Positions 23,841 to 38,180 of a DNA stretch of 64,000 nt are shown piece after piece (positions within the stretch are counted from its first letter, which is position 1; each line of letters starts with the position of its first letter). Position numbers and translations under genes: made by a program. The DNA is from Eledone cirrhosa. Taxonomy: Eukaryota. Below the pieces are notes generated by a model that was not told the origin of the DNA, did not search any database, and saw only the letters and a list, made by a program, of their open reading frames with translations. The DNA is taken from contig OZ024740.1 of NCBI GenBank assembly GCA_964016885.1, forward strand, positions 234,112,001 to 234,176,000, in the 5' to 3' direction.

Positions 23841-24379
23841 AATATGGGGAGAAGAATGCTGCATGGTTGCACATGGATTACATATCATAAAATTAGTCCC
23901 TCATCAGTGATTTGCCAACGATAATTGGTATTCATCGCATTAAAAATCATAATATATATATAATAATAAAGGTTTAAAAAACACTTTGAATGACTGACCA
24001 TGGCTTTTGCACCAAGCAATTTACCCTTGGTGGTATAAGCCTGTGCAAGGTGTATTTTAAGGAAGACTAACCGTCGCCTATGCACACCAGTCACCCATCT
24101 CCTTCTCACTGATGTAGCCCAAGAGAAAGGCAAAGGCCATTACAGCTTGGCGCCAGTGACGTCACAGCTGAGTGAACTAGAGCAACGTGAAAACGTGAAA
24201 CAGAGTATCTTCGCCAAGTTTACAATACATCACCCAGACCGGGAATCAAAATCAACGCCTCACTATTGTGAATCGAACTCTCTAACCACTAAGCCCTATA
24301 TATACACTTATTCACATATGTACATATGTGTACATGTTTGTGTGTGTGTATGCATATATGTATGCATGTATGTATTTTT

Positions 24380-24905
24380 GTCAGGTCGCTCTCGAGAGCT
24401 ACTGGCAACATGTAACCCAATACAACCTGTTCATGTTCGAGTCGTCGGTGACTAAACCGGCAACCCTACCAAGCTTGCTTGGTGAGGAGGAGGATATTTG
24501 GACACCCTGTGGGATGAAATACAAGACCCGGCAAAGGGCGAAGGAACTCAACAAAGTCAACGGTCATCCAAATAGAAGTTTGTTTTTTTCAGCTAGGAGT
24601 GAAAGGCCCCCAGTTGTTGTCACAGCACCTTTCTGGGAGAGGGAAACTCTGAAATAAAAGCTTGCGGCTTCGGAAGCATCCGATGATGTTGACCAGTTCT
24701 CCTATTCAGGTAGTGTTTTTGATGCTCAGAGAGTGGGATTGGTCGAGTGCAAGGCCTTTCCCCATTTAAAAAAATCTTCAAAGCACAGGCATTGCTTGTT
24801 CAGGATATGTTATAGGTTCGTGTGGCTGGCCGGAGCCTAAAAGTGCACCAAACTCTATAATCTGACAAGCGATTGCAGTACTCTTAGCAGAGTTTGCAGC
24901 CATCA
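24380..24905 (+). mobile_element. RTE-related non-autonomous retroposon in (TGTA)n
   Basis: Homologous to 59380-60195(-) (split by a SINE) and 60773-61379(-); a 3'-end stub at 61465-61503. The 3' end cat.ctcg..aacgag..ggcagccat followed by a tandem tail is RTE-like. Confidence 0.6.
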
Positions 24906-24953
24906 TGTATGTATATATGTATATGTATATGTATATAATTCTGCAAATAACTC

Positions 24954-25018
24954 CTGATGAAATCGCCTAGTTATGTATCGTCATCGGATGGTGGAACTGG
25001 GCCATCGAAATATACGTA
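24954..25018 (+). ncRNA. Degenerate hammerhead core
   Basis: CUGAUGA-[GCCUAGUU...AACUGGGC]-GAAA-UAUACG-UA; stem I not evident. Confidence 0.5.
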
Positions 25019-25578
25019 TTGCTTTAGTGGAATAAAAATTCTAAAAGTAAATGTTCTAGTCCGGCACTTTGCTGTTGTTTCAATGAATACTTTCCTCCGT
25101 TCTTCTACCAGCCACTGGATACCACATCTACGATGGATGATTTGCATAACGTTGAGTGCCTTAATTAATTTGTTGCATCATTGTTTACCAGCCCGAACCA
25201 CCGGTTCTACCCATTGGTAAACAGCCTAATATAAATTATATAAATATATATATATCTATATATAATACTAACAAAATTATAGATGTCATGTCTGAGAAAA
25301 TCACAAACATGCGCCATACCACCTGATTCTAAGGAATTAATCCGAGCATTTATTAAAAATTAAATTAAAGGTCGATTGACACATATATATATATATATAT
25401 ATAAGATAAACATACCAAACATTGACAAGGGATAATTTGTAAAGAGTGTAAATACACATAGTTATTGAGGTAGCATACTAAAATATAATGAAAATGTCAA
25501 ATATAGATACCTGGCAATAATAGTTATTCTCCTTCGTACATATTCCATTATCAGAAATATGTTTCACCATTAAATAGC

Positions 25579-25658
<80 letters not shown>

Positions 25659-25698
25659 GATATTAAACAAATGGAAACTATATTTATAAAACCATATT

Positions 25699-25764
25699 TA
25701 TTTCATTATATATATTTCAGGGATACCATATTAAAAATATGGTATGCCTTCCTCAGACAAAATA
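25699..25764 (-). ncRNA. Hammerhead ribozyme, same family as 2834/3055
   Basis: UAUUUUGU-CUGAGGA-AGG C AUACCAUAUU uuu AAUAUGGUAU C CCU-GAAA-UAUAUA-UA^AUGAAAUA; stem II better paired than in the 3 kb copy. Confidence 0.82.
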
Positions 25765-25911
25765 CAATATATATAATGAAATAAATATGGTTTTATAAAT
25801 ATAGTTTCCATTTGTTTAATATCGTAAACCTACTCCAAAACCTGTTGAGTGCTTTTATATCAGTTATAAAATATTTACTCGTTGTAACCCTACAATTTTA
25901 AATAAAACTTT

Positions 25912-25957
<46 letters not shown>

Positions 25958-26122
25958 TGAAACACAAATTTGAATAATTTTGAAAAACATTGTATGGTTT
26001 TCAAAATTATCTAAATTTGTGTTTCCTATTCAACAATGCTTTAAGCAAACTACAACACTCTATATATATATATATAACATTATCAGTAAAACATGCTATA
26101 TATATATGTGCGTGTGTGTGTG

Positions 26123-26208
<86 letters not shown>

Positions 26209-28764
26209 TAGTATATTAACGCGAAAGGAATGCGATCTAAAGCTGACATGGTCTTCAGCCATATTTGTCAGTCAGAGAATTAATAGAAAAGACCCACCTT
26301 GCATTTGCTAGTATTGTTTATCACTTATTTTCAAAATAACGTTATATGAACTGACTTATTCGTGATATTTATAGCACACCACAAAATTACAAAGGATACG
26401 ATGTGGCTATCATTAGCCATAAATTTGCTGACTTATTTTACCAGATATTGATGATATCTATTTTATCGGCTCTGCTATAGTAGAAATCAAAATCGGTCCG
26501 TGTTTGATTTGAAATTAAAACTAAAGGCAACCAGCAGTGCCGGATTTAGACCTTGGCTAAACAAGCTACAGCTTAGGGCTTCATAATCTGCAAAGGCGTC
26601 AACACAATTAAAATTAATATATATTTTGAATCGTTTTAAGACATCATGGTGTATTTCATTGTATGCCAATAAAACTTTTAGAAATACGTTACAGTAATTG
26701 TGTATCTCGATGGATTATTTTTAAAAGTGAGGCCGTGGCAGTTTAAATTCCTAGATGATTAACATGTATTTTACTTCAGCCATAAATTGCTCTTGGTGGA
26801 GACATGAATTTCGCAGAGTCCTATCTCTGTTACACTTAATAGAAATTTTCTGAACGTATTAATATTGTATAAACGAGGTGAATAAAAAGAGAGACTTCAC
26901 TTCTATCCCAAAGAAAAGAAAAGTAACATTTTGTCTACTTACATCAAATTCCTTAATTGGAAGAATATCACAATGGTTCTTGTAAATTATTTGTGATTCC
27001 AGGAGAGTCTTTAAATTAGTTTCTACTTCACCAACTGTGTTTGTTGTATCAGTGCAACAATTTAAGAGGCGTTAGGACCCTACATGCGTTGTCATTCGCT
27101 GGTGGTGGTTTTTATAAACAAAATATATAAAAGGCGCACATACATTTCTCTTTCAAGTTCACTAATTTCTCATCTGGATCAAATCCAGCAATCACTCTTA
27201 CGTCATCTGCTCAGAATCTGTATTTTAAAAATGTCACGAAAAAAAAAAAAGAAAAGCTGGCAACAACAAAAGTATACAAAAGACCCCTGAAATAACAATG
27301 ATATCAATGAAGTGCAAAACAAAAGGATATAAAATAAATTTAAAAAGAAAATAAACTAACGTTTGGTTCTAAGAGACTTGAAATAAACAAGAGAGCAGCT
27401 TGTATAAGCAAGAACGAAGATGTCTGGAATTTTCGACGCGAAAAGAATCAATACGTTTGGTATGTGTATTGGGATTAAGGTTGGATAACGTGTACTGATT
27501 TTACTGTCTTTCATTTTGTTGTTTGATATAAAGGAAAGAGAGGGAAGTGACAAGGGAAGACCACGATGTAGTGTTAGAGTTGGGGGTAGCAGGAAGAAGA
27601 AGAAAGCATGTAGAAAAGAGAATTTGTCAGTTTTAGGGGTCCTGGCACAGAAATAAGAAGACAAAACAAAAGGTTTGTCATGTATATTCTATGCATGCAC
27701 TGGGGAAATGTCATCAACCGCGTCATTGAGAAGGAGGAATGAAAGAGAATTGTATATATATCAATGTGTGTGTGTGCGTGTGTTTGTATCTGAATGCTTG
27801 TTTGTGGGTGTGTCTTTGCGATTATATATATATATGTGTGTGTGTATGGGAGTGTGTGTGTATGTGTGTACGTGTGTGCATGTGTGTGTATGTGTGTGCA
27901 TGTGTGTGTATGTGTGTGTGTGCATGTGTATGTATGTGTGTGTATGTCTGTGCCTGTGTGTGTCCATGTATGTAAGTATCCATAGTAAAATATATGTTTA
28001 TTTTAGAGTATATACTAGATCCATTTCTAGTCATTATTTCGTACATATTATTCGAAATATTTTATATTTTAACTCTAAATTACGAGCAATTTACTATATT
28101 AATTGTATGAAGAATCGTGATAGACTGTACATTAAAGTATTTTCTCGTTGGATTGAAAGGTAATTAGTAATTTTACTAATTACATAGTCACTACTTCAAT
28201 GATAATTTTAATGTTGAATTTGGATTGTCTCGCACTTTTGGATGCAAGGATCTACAACCAATGTCACATAGTGGTTAGGGTGTTTAGCTGATAATTGTAG
28301 AGTCGTGACTTCTATTTCCAGCAGCACGTTGTGTCCTTGACCAAGATAATTTATTTCATATTGTTCCAGTTCACTCAGCTGGTAAAAATAAGTTGTTTTT
28401 CAAAAGCCGAAATTTCAAGAGCCGGCCTTGTCATATGCTGTGTGACGCTGTATCTCTCCGATAATTGCGTTAAGGATGCAACATGCGCGTTATTTCCCCG
28501 AGCTGGCTGTTTCATTCAACAAAAAGAATTGGAACACTCGTGGTTGGAACTGATGAAGGTCTAACACGAATCAAAGAGAAACTATTTAAAAGTCACTATA
28601 TTTCAATAGTTCACAGTAATCTTTGATATAAACATTCAAATATGTATTCCAAAATATATATATATGCATACATACATTCATATATATATATATACATAGA
28701 TATATATGATTGTAAAGAGAGAGGCAAAGAGAGTGAGAGAGAGAGAAAGAGAGAGAGAGAGAGG

Positions 28765-28825
<61 letters not shown>

Positions 28826-29425
28826 ATATATTAAAACAAATACATCTCTATATTGACTTTCCTTTATATATATGTGTGAGTGTTGGTTATAACAGATGTA
28901 ACATAAAGTACTCAATACAAGATGTCTGCATTTAGAGATTCCACAATATGTTTCGTTATTACACTTCAGAATGTCGTATTGTAAAACAGCACTCCGTAAT
29001 ATAAAGTGGTTATTTTAGGAAGAGCATACTGCCATAGATACCATGCCAAATATGTAATGTATGAGCAAGATGAGGTCGTTCCAATATATCTGGTTTCGGG
29101 CTGTCACAACCTGTCCAACACATGCCAATGTGGAAAGTGGACGTAAAATGAAGATCGTTAGATTTTTTAAAATTTAATACCTTTAAATATAATATAATAC
29201 CTTTAAATACTATAACTTTTAACCCTCCAATTACTTGCACCAGCCGACTTCGGTATGTAAAATTAGAGATTTGGTGTGTATTCTAATTTTTTTGTGTATA
29301 CAGGGCCCCCCCAAACCTAAAGTGCTCCGGACCCCCTAAGGTCAAAATCCGGTCCTGTATGAATGAATGAGACGATATAATAATTCGTGAACACAGTAGT
29401 AGATAAAAACACAAATTTAGAGATA

Positions 29426-29580
29426 TACGAGGGTGGACTGAAAAGTTAACAGGTTGACTATAAAGGAGCGATGCTAGTGGTGTGAAATGTTGCATGCATT
29501 AATTTCAACTCTTCTTGTTAATAACTACATTGTTTCTTTCCAGGAACTGGTCATTCCATGAGAGTATCTTGGTCAGCCTA
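29426..29580 (+). mobile_element. Tc1/mariner-derived MITE fragment
   Basis: ta|cgagggtggactgaaaagtt TIR start; homologous to 54274-54487. Confidence 0.7.
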
Positions 29581-29589
29581 TCCCCGTAA

Positions 29590-30860
29590 ACGATTGTTAA
29601 CGGTGTGGAAAGATAGTCGGAAAAATTTATGATTTACATTTACTGTGGATACAATTCTGGATATTGTTCTGAAAGGCAACTTAAGGGCTTTAGTAAAGAG
29701 AATATAGGGCCTCTCGATGATGCAAAATGTGTATTTATTAATATTCTCCTCACATGATTTAACTCCATAAAATAAATTCCATTTAAGATGGTATGCTATT
29801 CAATTTTCTTTTAAGGACCAACTGTAGGAGGTTAATGTTGTTTGTTTCAATTGGTTACTACAGAATTTACATGCGTATATAATCTAGATTTACATGGGTT
29901 TCATGTTATGTCTATGTATAGTTTGAAGTGGCTATTAGTATTCACTACACATCAGTATACAATATCATTATCTATGCATATAGATTGCAGGATATAACTT
30001 TTGGTGTCAGATCATTTACAAGGATTATTGTGGTATTGCTTACTAGTTTTATTGTGTTTACTAAGTTAAGTGAGATTATAATAGATGAAATTACGACGAC
30101 TATTTAGTGTAGTCGAATATGAATATTTGAGGATATTTTTTTCTTAAGGATTTGGTGATATTTTTTGTTTAAGGAGAAATGATTCTTGGGTTGTTTAAAT
30201 AGAATTTAAACCGATGGTGTTGTGACTGAAAATATATAGTGAAATGTTCGGGATTAGATGTTTAATTATATGACTAGGGTGATTAGAGGTGTTTGTGTTT
30301 ATAATAGAATGGTAGCATGCATATAGTTTGCTTTTGTGCGGTATGCGTCCACAGTTATACGGAAACCTATGTTGTTAAAGAAGTTGTGGAATTTTTTCTG
30401 AATTCGTTTGTTACGTAATGGTTGTTGGAGATGACTATCAGCCTGTCCTCGTGATAAAAACCGCCTTAGGTACAAATGTTTTTCTTATGCAATATATACA
30501 GGTCGATAAGGCTGCTTGTTTCCGTCTACCCTTTTGGATCGATCATATCATGGATCATGAGAGGAAGAGAGATGTGTAAGTAGAGTGTTTGTATAGCGGT
30601 AGCATGAGACCAGCTAGTGTCTGTGAGAGACTTTATATCTATACGTCGTGTGGCTTTTCTCTGGATGTGGACTAGAATGACTCTTTCTGTAGCAACAGCA
30701 CCGTCAAAATTTTAGGAACTGTACTCCATTGTAGAGTAGCACTGAAGGGAAGGACCGGTTTTTCAGATGCACTGTGCTAAAGATGCGCGTTCACAGTAGG
30801 AGATTATCAATGAACAATCATTCGGAACAATCACATGCTGCTCATACTTAAAACGAGTTC
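29590..30860 (-). pseudogene. Decayed Penelope-like element (RT C-terminal half + GIY-YIG endonuclease)
   Basis: Manual minus-strand translation gives GGFYHEDRLIV (~GLYRDDGL, ~30440-30465), INTNTSNHPSHIIKHLIPNIS (~30245-30300), CIDNDIVY*CVV...LYIDIT*NPCKSRLYTHVNS (GIY-YIG, ~29860-29978) and TTLTSYSWSLKEN*IAYHLKW; many stops and frameshifts. Confidence 0.75.
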
Positions 30861-31105
30861 AGTCAATTAGCGTCAGTTAAATTCAAGTAATAACAACAGA
30901 AAACAACACAGTATTAGGATAACGCTTAACAGGAACGAATGAAAAGGAGTTTAATGTTTCGGATGCTGGTTCTTCATCAAAAAGGAATATAAAGGAAACA
31001 TGAAATGTTCTTGGAAAAGAGAATAAAAAGATGAAAGACAAAAATAATCAATAAAATTGGAAAGAGAGAAAACAGACAAACAGACAGGCAGGTAGATAGA
31101 TAGAT

Positions 31106-31138
<33 letters not shown>

Positions 31139-31185
31139 CAGAGAAAGAGAGAGAGAGAGAAAGAGAGAGAGGGGAAGAGAGAAGG

Positions 31186-31334
<149 letters not shown>

Positions 31335-33518
31335 CATTTTCTTTTTATTTGCCACAAGGGCATCAAAAAGTGGGACAAGTACAATGGGGGGAGTTTACAT
31401 AAAAAGGCGTCCTCAATAAGGAGGAGGCAATAACAAAATATAAAAATAAAATAAAATATAACAAAATAAATTTTATAACAAAATCCTCAATAGGGAGGAG
31501 GCGCCTTGGGGGATCGCACACACCCCCGAAAAAAAGTGTGCAACCCTTCTCCTCAGGAGCACAGAGAGGTGGTGCTCCCTTGATCTTTCATCTTCCTCTT
31601 TTCCCATAGTCTGATGTAGAGTGAAGGCCCATTCACACGGGCCATTCTCGCCACTTTCACCCATCTTTCATAAAAACGGCTGGGGTGCAGCACCTCTCTC
31701 TCCATCCTGATCCTTCTTCCGAAATGATATCGGAAGAAACGGACCAGTTGTTGGCCAGAGAGAAAGGTGTCTGACCTCAGTCCTTTCAGACGCGTACACC
31801 ATACCACCTCTTTCGCCATGGCTATTACGGACAGAAACATCGCCTCTCTTTCGTTTTTGAAGAGGGGAGGCCGCTTGATCGTTACAATAGACTCGGTGGT
31901 CAACCGGATCGGTCCCACCCTTGACAGCAGTTGTTCGACATAGCCCTACAGATCGGCAATGCCCGAGCAGTGTACCAATGCGTGTGCAACGGTTTCCTCG
32001 TCGCACACGCATATGGGACAGATCTTTTTCGAGGGGTCCCTACCCGGGCGCCCGTGTCTGTAGAGCCTTTCTCGAACGGGCAGAGCCCCTCGGTAGCACT
32101 ACCAGGCCAGGGACCTCTGGAAGTTATCCATGGGTCCCGGGCTGAATGTCCTACCGAACAGGTTGTCCAGTTCGTCTTCCTCCATGCCTAGAGCTTCTCC
32201 GAGGGCGTCGTCGCACCTGCTAACCACCAGCCCTCTATAGAATGACGAGGTGGATTCTCCACTGACAGCCGGGTCCGCCTGCCAGAGAGCCGTGAGCGCC
32301 TGGGTACACTCGGTGTGCCAGGCGCCCAGTTTTCTCGGTCTTTGCTTGACCCAGGATTGCAGCTCGGTGAGCGAGACGAGTCTGGGAAAGGCTCGCCTCA
32401 CGAACGGGGCCCACACCGGTTGACCGGTGAGGAATACCTGGAGGTGCCGTAGCCTTAATGCGTGTTTACGTATCATTAGCCATGGCATCGCCAGCCCTCC
32501 TTTCGAAGGGTGTTGACAGCAGATGGATCTCCTCACCATAGGAGCCCGCTTCTTCCAAAGGAATTGGAAGAGTGCGCGCTCCATTTTGGCGAGCGTTTCC
32601 CTTGGGCAAGGCACAACGGTCAGGCGGTAGTAGATGACGGACGCTATATAAGTGTTCGCCACCTCCGCCCGACCTTTCAGGGACAGTTTGCACTCGGCCC
32701 ACTTCTGGGTCAGTGCAAACACCCTGTTCGTTACCTCACCCCAGTTCTTCTCCACCTGGAGGTCTGGTCCGAACCAGACCCCGAGCAACTTCACTGGGCC
32801 CTCCGGGGGGCATCGATCTGCCCCTCCACGTGCCGAGTTGCAGACCGATTGACTTGTCCCGGTTCAGCTTAGCCCCTGTAAACCTTTCGTACTCCTCCAG
32901 TAAGGTGCTGATCGCCCCGATTTCCGAGGCCGTCGACACCATTACTGTTACGTCGTCGGCGTAGGCCGACACCGCTTTCCGCAATCCCGGTTCCAACGGG
33001 ATGCCCTGCAACAACTCCAACTTCAGTGGTGGCTCTAGAGTCATTACATACAGAAGGGAGGAGAGAGGGCACCCTTGTCGGATGGACCGCGCGATTTCGA
33101 ACGGCTCCGAGAGGTAGCCGTTCACTTTGACCCTCGAGCAGATGCGGCTGCTGTGCATAGCAGTGATCCAGCCCCTGAAAACGGGTCCGAAGCCTGCCGC
33201 CGCTAGCACCGCAACCAGGTAACCATGGTCGACCCTATCGAACGCCTTAGATTGATCCAAGTTGATCAGAGCCCCACCAAAGCCGGGTTCGTTCCCAACC
33301 CTCTCTATGATGTATCGCATGAGGTGGTGGTTGTCGTGGATGGACCTGGACGGGATAGCACATGTCTGCGCATCTCCCACCAGGTTGCCCACGACAAGCG
33401 CCAACCTCTTTGCTAGCACCTTGGCCAAAATCTGTAACTCTGTATTTAGCAGAGTTATGGGCCTGAAATCATTTATATCGTCCCCCTTGTTCTCGTCCTT
33501 CCTCACTAGCGTGAGTAC
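31335..33518 (-). mobile_element. Tx1/L1-clade LINE, 5'-truncated and frameshifted (RT + C-terminal Zn-finger region)
   Basis: FRPITLLNTE, LDQSKAFDRVDH, IRQGCPLS, AYADD, KLSLKGR, SKGGL, CPx..DEET..HAL in consecutive ORFs; 3' end abuts (GATA)n, 5' end abuts (GGTA)n. Confidence 0.92.
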
Positions 33519-33920
33519 AGGTAGGTAGGTAGGTAGGTAGGTAGGTAGGTAGGTAGGTAGGAGAAAGAGAAAGAGATAAATAGATAAAGAGAGAGAGTGG
33601 GAGAGAGAAATAGATAAAGAGAGAAAGAGAGAGAGAGAGATATTAAGGAAATCTTCAAAGAAATGATTAGGGGAAGTAAAAAAGAGATGGATCAGACATT
33701 TATATTGATAAAAATCTCTTAATCTCTAAACGGTTGGATTATGGGATCAAGGAACGATGTGTGTGCACGATTTAAGGTTGACCGAGAACAGAGCAAAAGG
33801 TAATGTACTTAGATCTTATGAAATAACAAATTTGATGACCTTTATGACCAGTCAGTAATCTTTAATTGTTTTTTAAACCTCAAATTTTAGCATTCAAATA
33901 ATGTTTATTTTGTTTAAAAT

Positions 33921-34122
33921 AAGACTAGAGTGTGGAGGTGGGTGTATTCGTGGCTCAATGTTGAGCCATCAAGACTAGAGTGTGGAGGTGGGTGTATTCG
34001 TGGCTCAATGTTGAGCCATCAAGACTAGAGTGTGGAGGTGAGTGTATTTGTGGCTCAATGTTGAGCCATCAAGACTAGAGTGTGGAGGTGAGTGTATTTG
34101 TGGCTCAATGTTGAGCCATCAA
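33921..34122. repeat. 50-bp minisatellite, 4 copies
   Basis: aagactagagtgtggaggtg(g/a)gtgtatt(c/t)gtggctcaatgttgagccatc. Confidence 0.95.
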
Positions 34123-34189
34123 TCCTGGTATGGTTGGACGGCTTGTTGGGTGGTCGATGAAGGAATAGATGAAAGAATGGTAGGAAGGG

Positions 34190-35245
34190 ATGAATGGATG
34201 GTTGGATGGTTAGATTGATGGATGGGTGGATGAGTGGATGGATGGGTGGTGGGTGGGTGACCGGATGGATGGATGGTTAGATTGATGGATGGATGGATGG
34301 CTGGATGGGTGGATGGGTGGCTGGATGGTTAGATGGATGGATGGTTGATGGATGGGTGGGTGGATGGTTGGATTGGTTGATGGTTGATGGATGGGTGGAT
34401 GGTTGGATTGGTTGATGGTTGATGGATGGGTCGATGGATGGATGGATGGTTAGATTGGTTTATGGTTGAGTGGATGGGTCGATGGATGGATGGATGGTTA
34501 GATTGGTTTATGGTTGAGTGGATGGGTCGATGGATGGATGGATGGTTAGATTGGTTGATGGTTGAGTGGATGGGTCGATGGATGGATGGATGGTTGGATT
34601 GGTTTATGGTTGAGTGGATGGGTCGATGGATGGATGGATGGTTAGATTGGTTGATGGTTGAGTGGATGGGTCGATGGATGGATGGATGGTTAGATTGGTT
34701 GATGGTTGAGTGGATGGGTCGATGGATGGATGGATGGTTAGATTGGTTGATGGTTGAGTGGATGGGTCGATGGATGGATGGATGGTTAGATTGGTTTATG
34801 GTTGAGTGGATGGGTCGATGGATGGATGGATGGTTAGATTGGTTGATGGTTGAGTGGATGGGTCGATGGATGGATGGATGGTTAGATTGGTTTATGGTTG
34901 AGTGGATGGGTCGATGGATGGATGGATGGTTAGATTGGTTTATGGTTGAGTGGATGGGTCGATGGATGGATGGATGGTTAGATTGGTTTATGGTTGAGTG
35001 GATGGGTCGATGGATGGATGGATGGTTAGATTGGTTGATGGTTGAGTGGATGGGTCGATGGATGGATGGATGGTTAGATTAATGGATGCATGAGTGCATG
35101 GATGGTTAGATTGGTGAATGCGTGAGTGGATGGGTGGATGGGTGGAAGTGGGGTTTCATTGATGGAGGGTTTGGTGGTTAGATTGGTGGATGAATGGGTG
35201 GATGCGTGAGTGGAGGGTGGATGGATGGTTGGGTGGATGGTTGGG
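34190..35245. repeat. (GATG)n-derived tract with 48-bp higher-order unit (~13 copies, 34426-35079)
   Basis: Unit atgggtcgatggatggatggatggttagattggtt(t/g)atggttgagtgg. Confidence 0.92.
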
Positions 35246-35424
35246 TAAACAGAATAAAAAAAAGTAAAAGTAAAATGGCGGCAGAAACAAAAAGATAAAG
35301 AATTATATGAATGAATAGGAATGGGTAAATAATTGAAAATGATAGAAAAAGCAAACACACACACATACCAGTAAGTTGATATTCACCACATATATAGACA
35401 TACATACAATACATACATACATGT

Positions 35425-35455
<31 letters not shown>

Positions 35456-35559
35456 CATATATATATATTATAATAATATACACACATATATATACACACA
35501 TACACACACATACCAGTAAGTTGATATTCACCACATATATAGACATACATACAATACAT

Positions 35560-35592
<33 letters not shown>

Positions 35593-35654
35593 CATACATA
35601 TACATATATATATATTATAATAATATACACACATATATATACACACATAGACAC

Positions 35655-35692
<38 letters not shown>

Positions 35693-35965
35693 ATACATAT
35701 ACAAACACATACTTTCATACATATACAAATATATATAATAAAAAAAAAAAGAACGATCGACTTTCGTCAAATCGGACCGAGGGAACAATGTTTCCGTTGG
35801 TCTTTCCAGTTGCTAATACTATCTATCGGTTGCAACTCCAGATAGAAGGAACAACGTGAAATAAAGTGTCTTGCTCAAGGACATAACGCATCGCCTGGTC
35901 CAGGAATCGAGCTGACAACCTCACGATTGCATATCCAATTCTCTAACCAATCAGCCACACGCCTT

Positions 35966-36010
<45 letters not shown>

Positions 36011-36039
36011 CACACATATATATACACACATACACACAC

Positions 36040-36081
<42 letters not shown>

Positions 36082-36154
36082 ATCTATGTATAAGTGAAAA
36101 GAAGAGGGGGAAGTAGATATACTGATAGTTAGGTCACGAGCAGTATAGATAGAT

Positions 36155-37922
36155 ATGTTTCTTTTATTTGCCACTAGGGCATCAAAAGTGGGACAAGTAC
36201 AAAGGGGGGAGTTTACACAAAAAGGCGTCCTCAATAAGGAGGAGGCAATAACAAAATATAAAAATAAAATAAGATATAACAAAAAATAAAATTTATAACA
36301 AAATCCTCAATAGAGAGGAGGCGCCTTGGGGGGTCGCACACACCCCCGAAAAAAAGTGTGCAACTCTTCTCCTCAGGAGCACAGAGAAGGGGTACTCCCT
36401 TGGTCTTTCATCTGCCTCACCTATAGTCTGATGTAGAGTGAAGGCCCATTCACACGGGCCATTCTCGCCACTTTCACCCATCTTTCATAGAAACGGCTGG
36501 GGTGCAGCACCTCTCTCTCCATCCTGATCCTTCTTCCGAAATGATATCGGAAGAAACGGACCAGTTGTTGGCCAGAGAGAAAGGTGCCTGACCTCAGTCC
36601 TTTCAGACGCGTCCACCATACAACCTCTTTCGCCATGGCTATTACGCACAGAAACACCGCCTCTGCTTCATCTTTGAAGGGGGGAGGCGGCTTGATCATT
36701 ACAATAGACTCGGTGGTCAACCGGATCGGTCCCACCCTTGACAGCAGTTGTTCGACATAGCCCCACAGATCGGCTACGCCCGAGCAGTGTACCAATGCGT
36801 GTGCAACGGTTTCCTCGTCGCACACGCATCTGGGACAGATCTTTTTGGCGGGGTCCCTACCCGGGCGCCCGTGTCTGTAGAGCCTTTCTCGAACGGGTAA
36901 AGCCCCTCGGTAGCACTGCCAGGCCAGGGACTTCTGGAAGTTGTCCATAGGTCCCGGGCTGAATGTCCTACCGAACAGGCTGGCCAGTTCGTCCTCCTCC
37001 ATGTCTAGGGCTTCTCCGAGGGCGTCGTTGCACCTGCTGCGTACCAGCCCTCTATAGAATGTTGCGGTGGAGTCTCCACTGATAACCGGATCCGCCTGCC
37101 AGAGGGCGGTGAGCGCCTGGGCACACTCAGTGTGCCAGGCGCCCAGTTTTCTCGGTCTTTGCTTGACCCAGGATTGCAGCTCGGTGAGTGAGACGAGTCT
37201 GGGAAAGGTTCGTCTCACAAACGAGGCCCACACCGGTTGTCCGGTGAGGAATACGTAGAGGTGCCGTAGCCTTAATGCGTGTTTACGCATCATTAGCCAC
37301 GGCATCCCCAGCCCTCCTTTCGAAGGGTGTTGACAGCAGATGGATCTCCTCACCATAGGAGCCCGCCTCTTCCAAAGGAATTGGAAGAGCGCGCGCTCCA
37401 TCTTGGTGAGGGTTTCCCTTGGGCAGGGCACTACGGTCAGGCGGTAGTAGATGACGGACGCTATGTAGGTGTTCGCCACCTCCGCCCGACCTTTCAGGGA
37501 TAGTTTGCAACTGGCCCACTTCTGGGTCAGTGCAAACACCCTGTTCGTAACCTCCGCCCAGTTTTTCTCCACCTGGAGGTCCGGTCCGAACCAGACCCCG
37601 AGCAACTTCACCGGCCCCTCCGTCCAGCGTCCGACGACGCCATCGGAGGGCATCGGTCTGCCCCTCCACGTGCCGAGTTGCAAACCGATCGACTTGTCCC
37701 GGTTCAGCTTAGCCCCTGTGAACTTTTCGTACTCCTCCAGTAAGGTGCCGACCGCCTCGATTTCGGAGGCCGTCGACACCATTACTGTCACGTCATCGGG
37801 GTAGGCCGACACCGCTTTCCGCAGTCCCGGTTCCAAAGGGATGCCCTGCAACAACTCCAACTTCCGCAGTAGTGGCTCGAGAGTCAACACATACAGAAGG
37901 GAGGAGAGAGGGCACCCCTGTC
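36155..37922 (-). mobile_element. Tx1/L1-clade LINE, second 5'-truncated copy of the same family
   Basis: 489-aa open frame 36421-37890 (AYPDD variant of YADD, CPRC..DEETVAHAL.HC); same 3' UTR as the 31335 copy; GATA repeats at both ends. Confidence 0.92.
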
Positions 37923-37994
<72 letters not shown>

Positions 37995-38013
37995 AAAATA
38001 GATAGATAGAGAT

Positions 38014-38054
<41 letters not shown>

Positions 38055-38061
38055 GATAGAT

Positions 38062-38102
<41 letters not shown>

Positions 38103-38180
38103 CCTACGTTGTTAAACAGGTGGGTACGTATGTAGGTAGACAAACCGCGCAAGAACATAATGAAAGTAATGGTACAGCTC

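Noticed and set aside
27100-27300. Plus-strand TATATAAAAG promoter
   Set aside because: No downstream ORF or exon; the motif is common in AT-rich DNA.
26535-29357. Single DNA transposon bounded by cagtgccggattt / aaatccggtcctg
   Set aside because: TIR-like match is short (11/13), with no matching TSD and no transposase.
34426-35082. 218-aa Trp/Met-rich repeat protein
   Set aside because: Translation of a 48-bp (GATG)n-derived tandem repeat.
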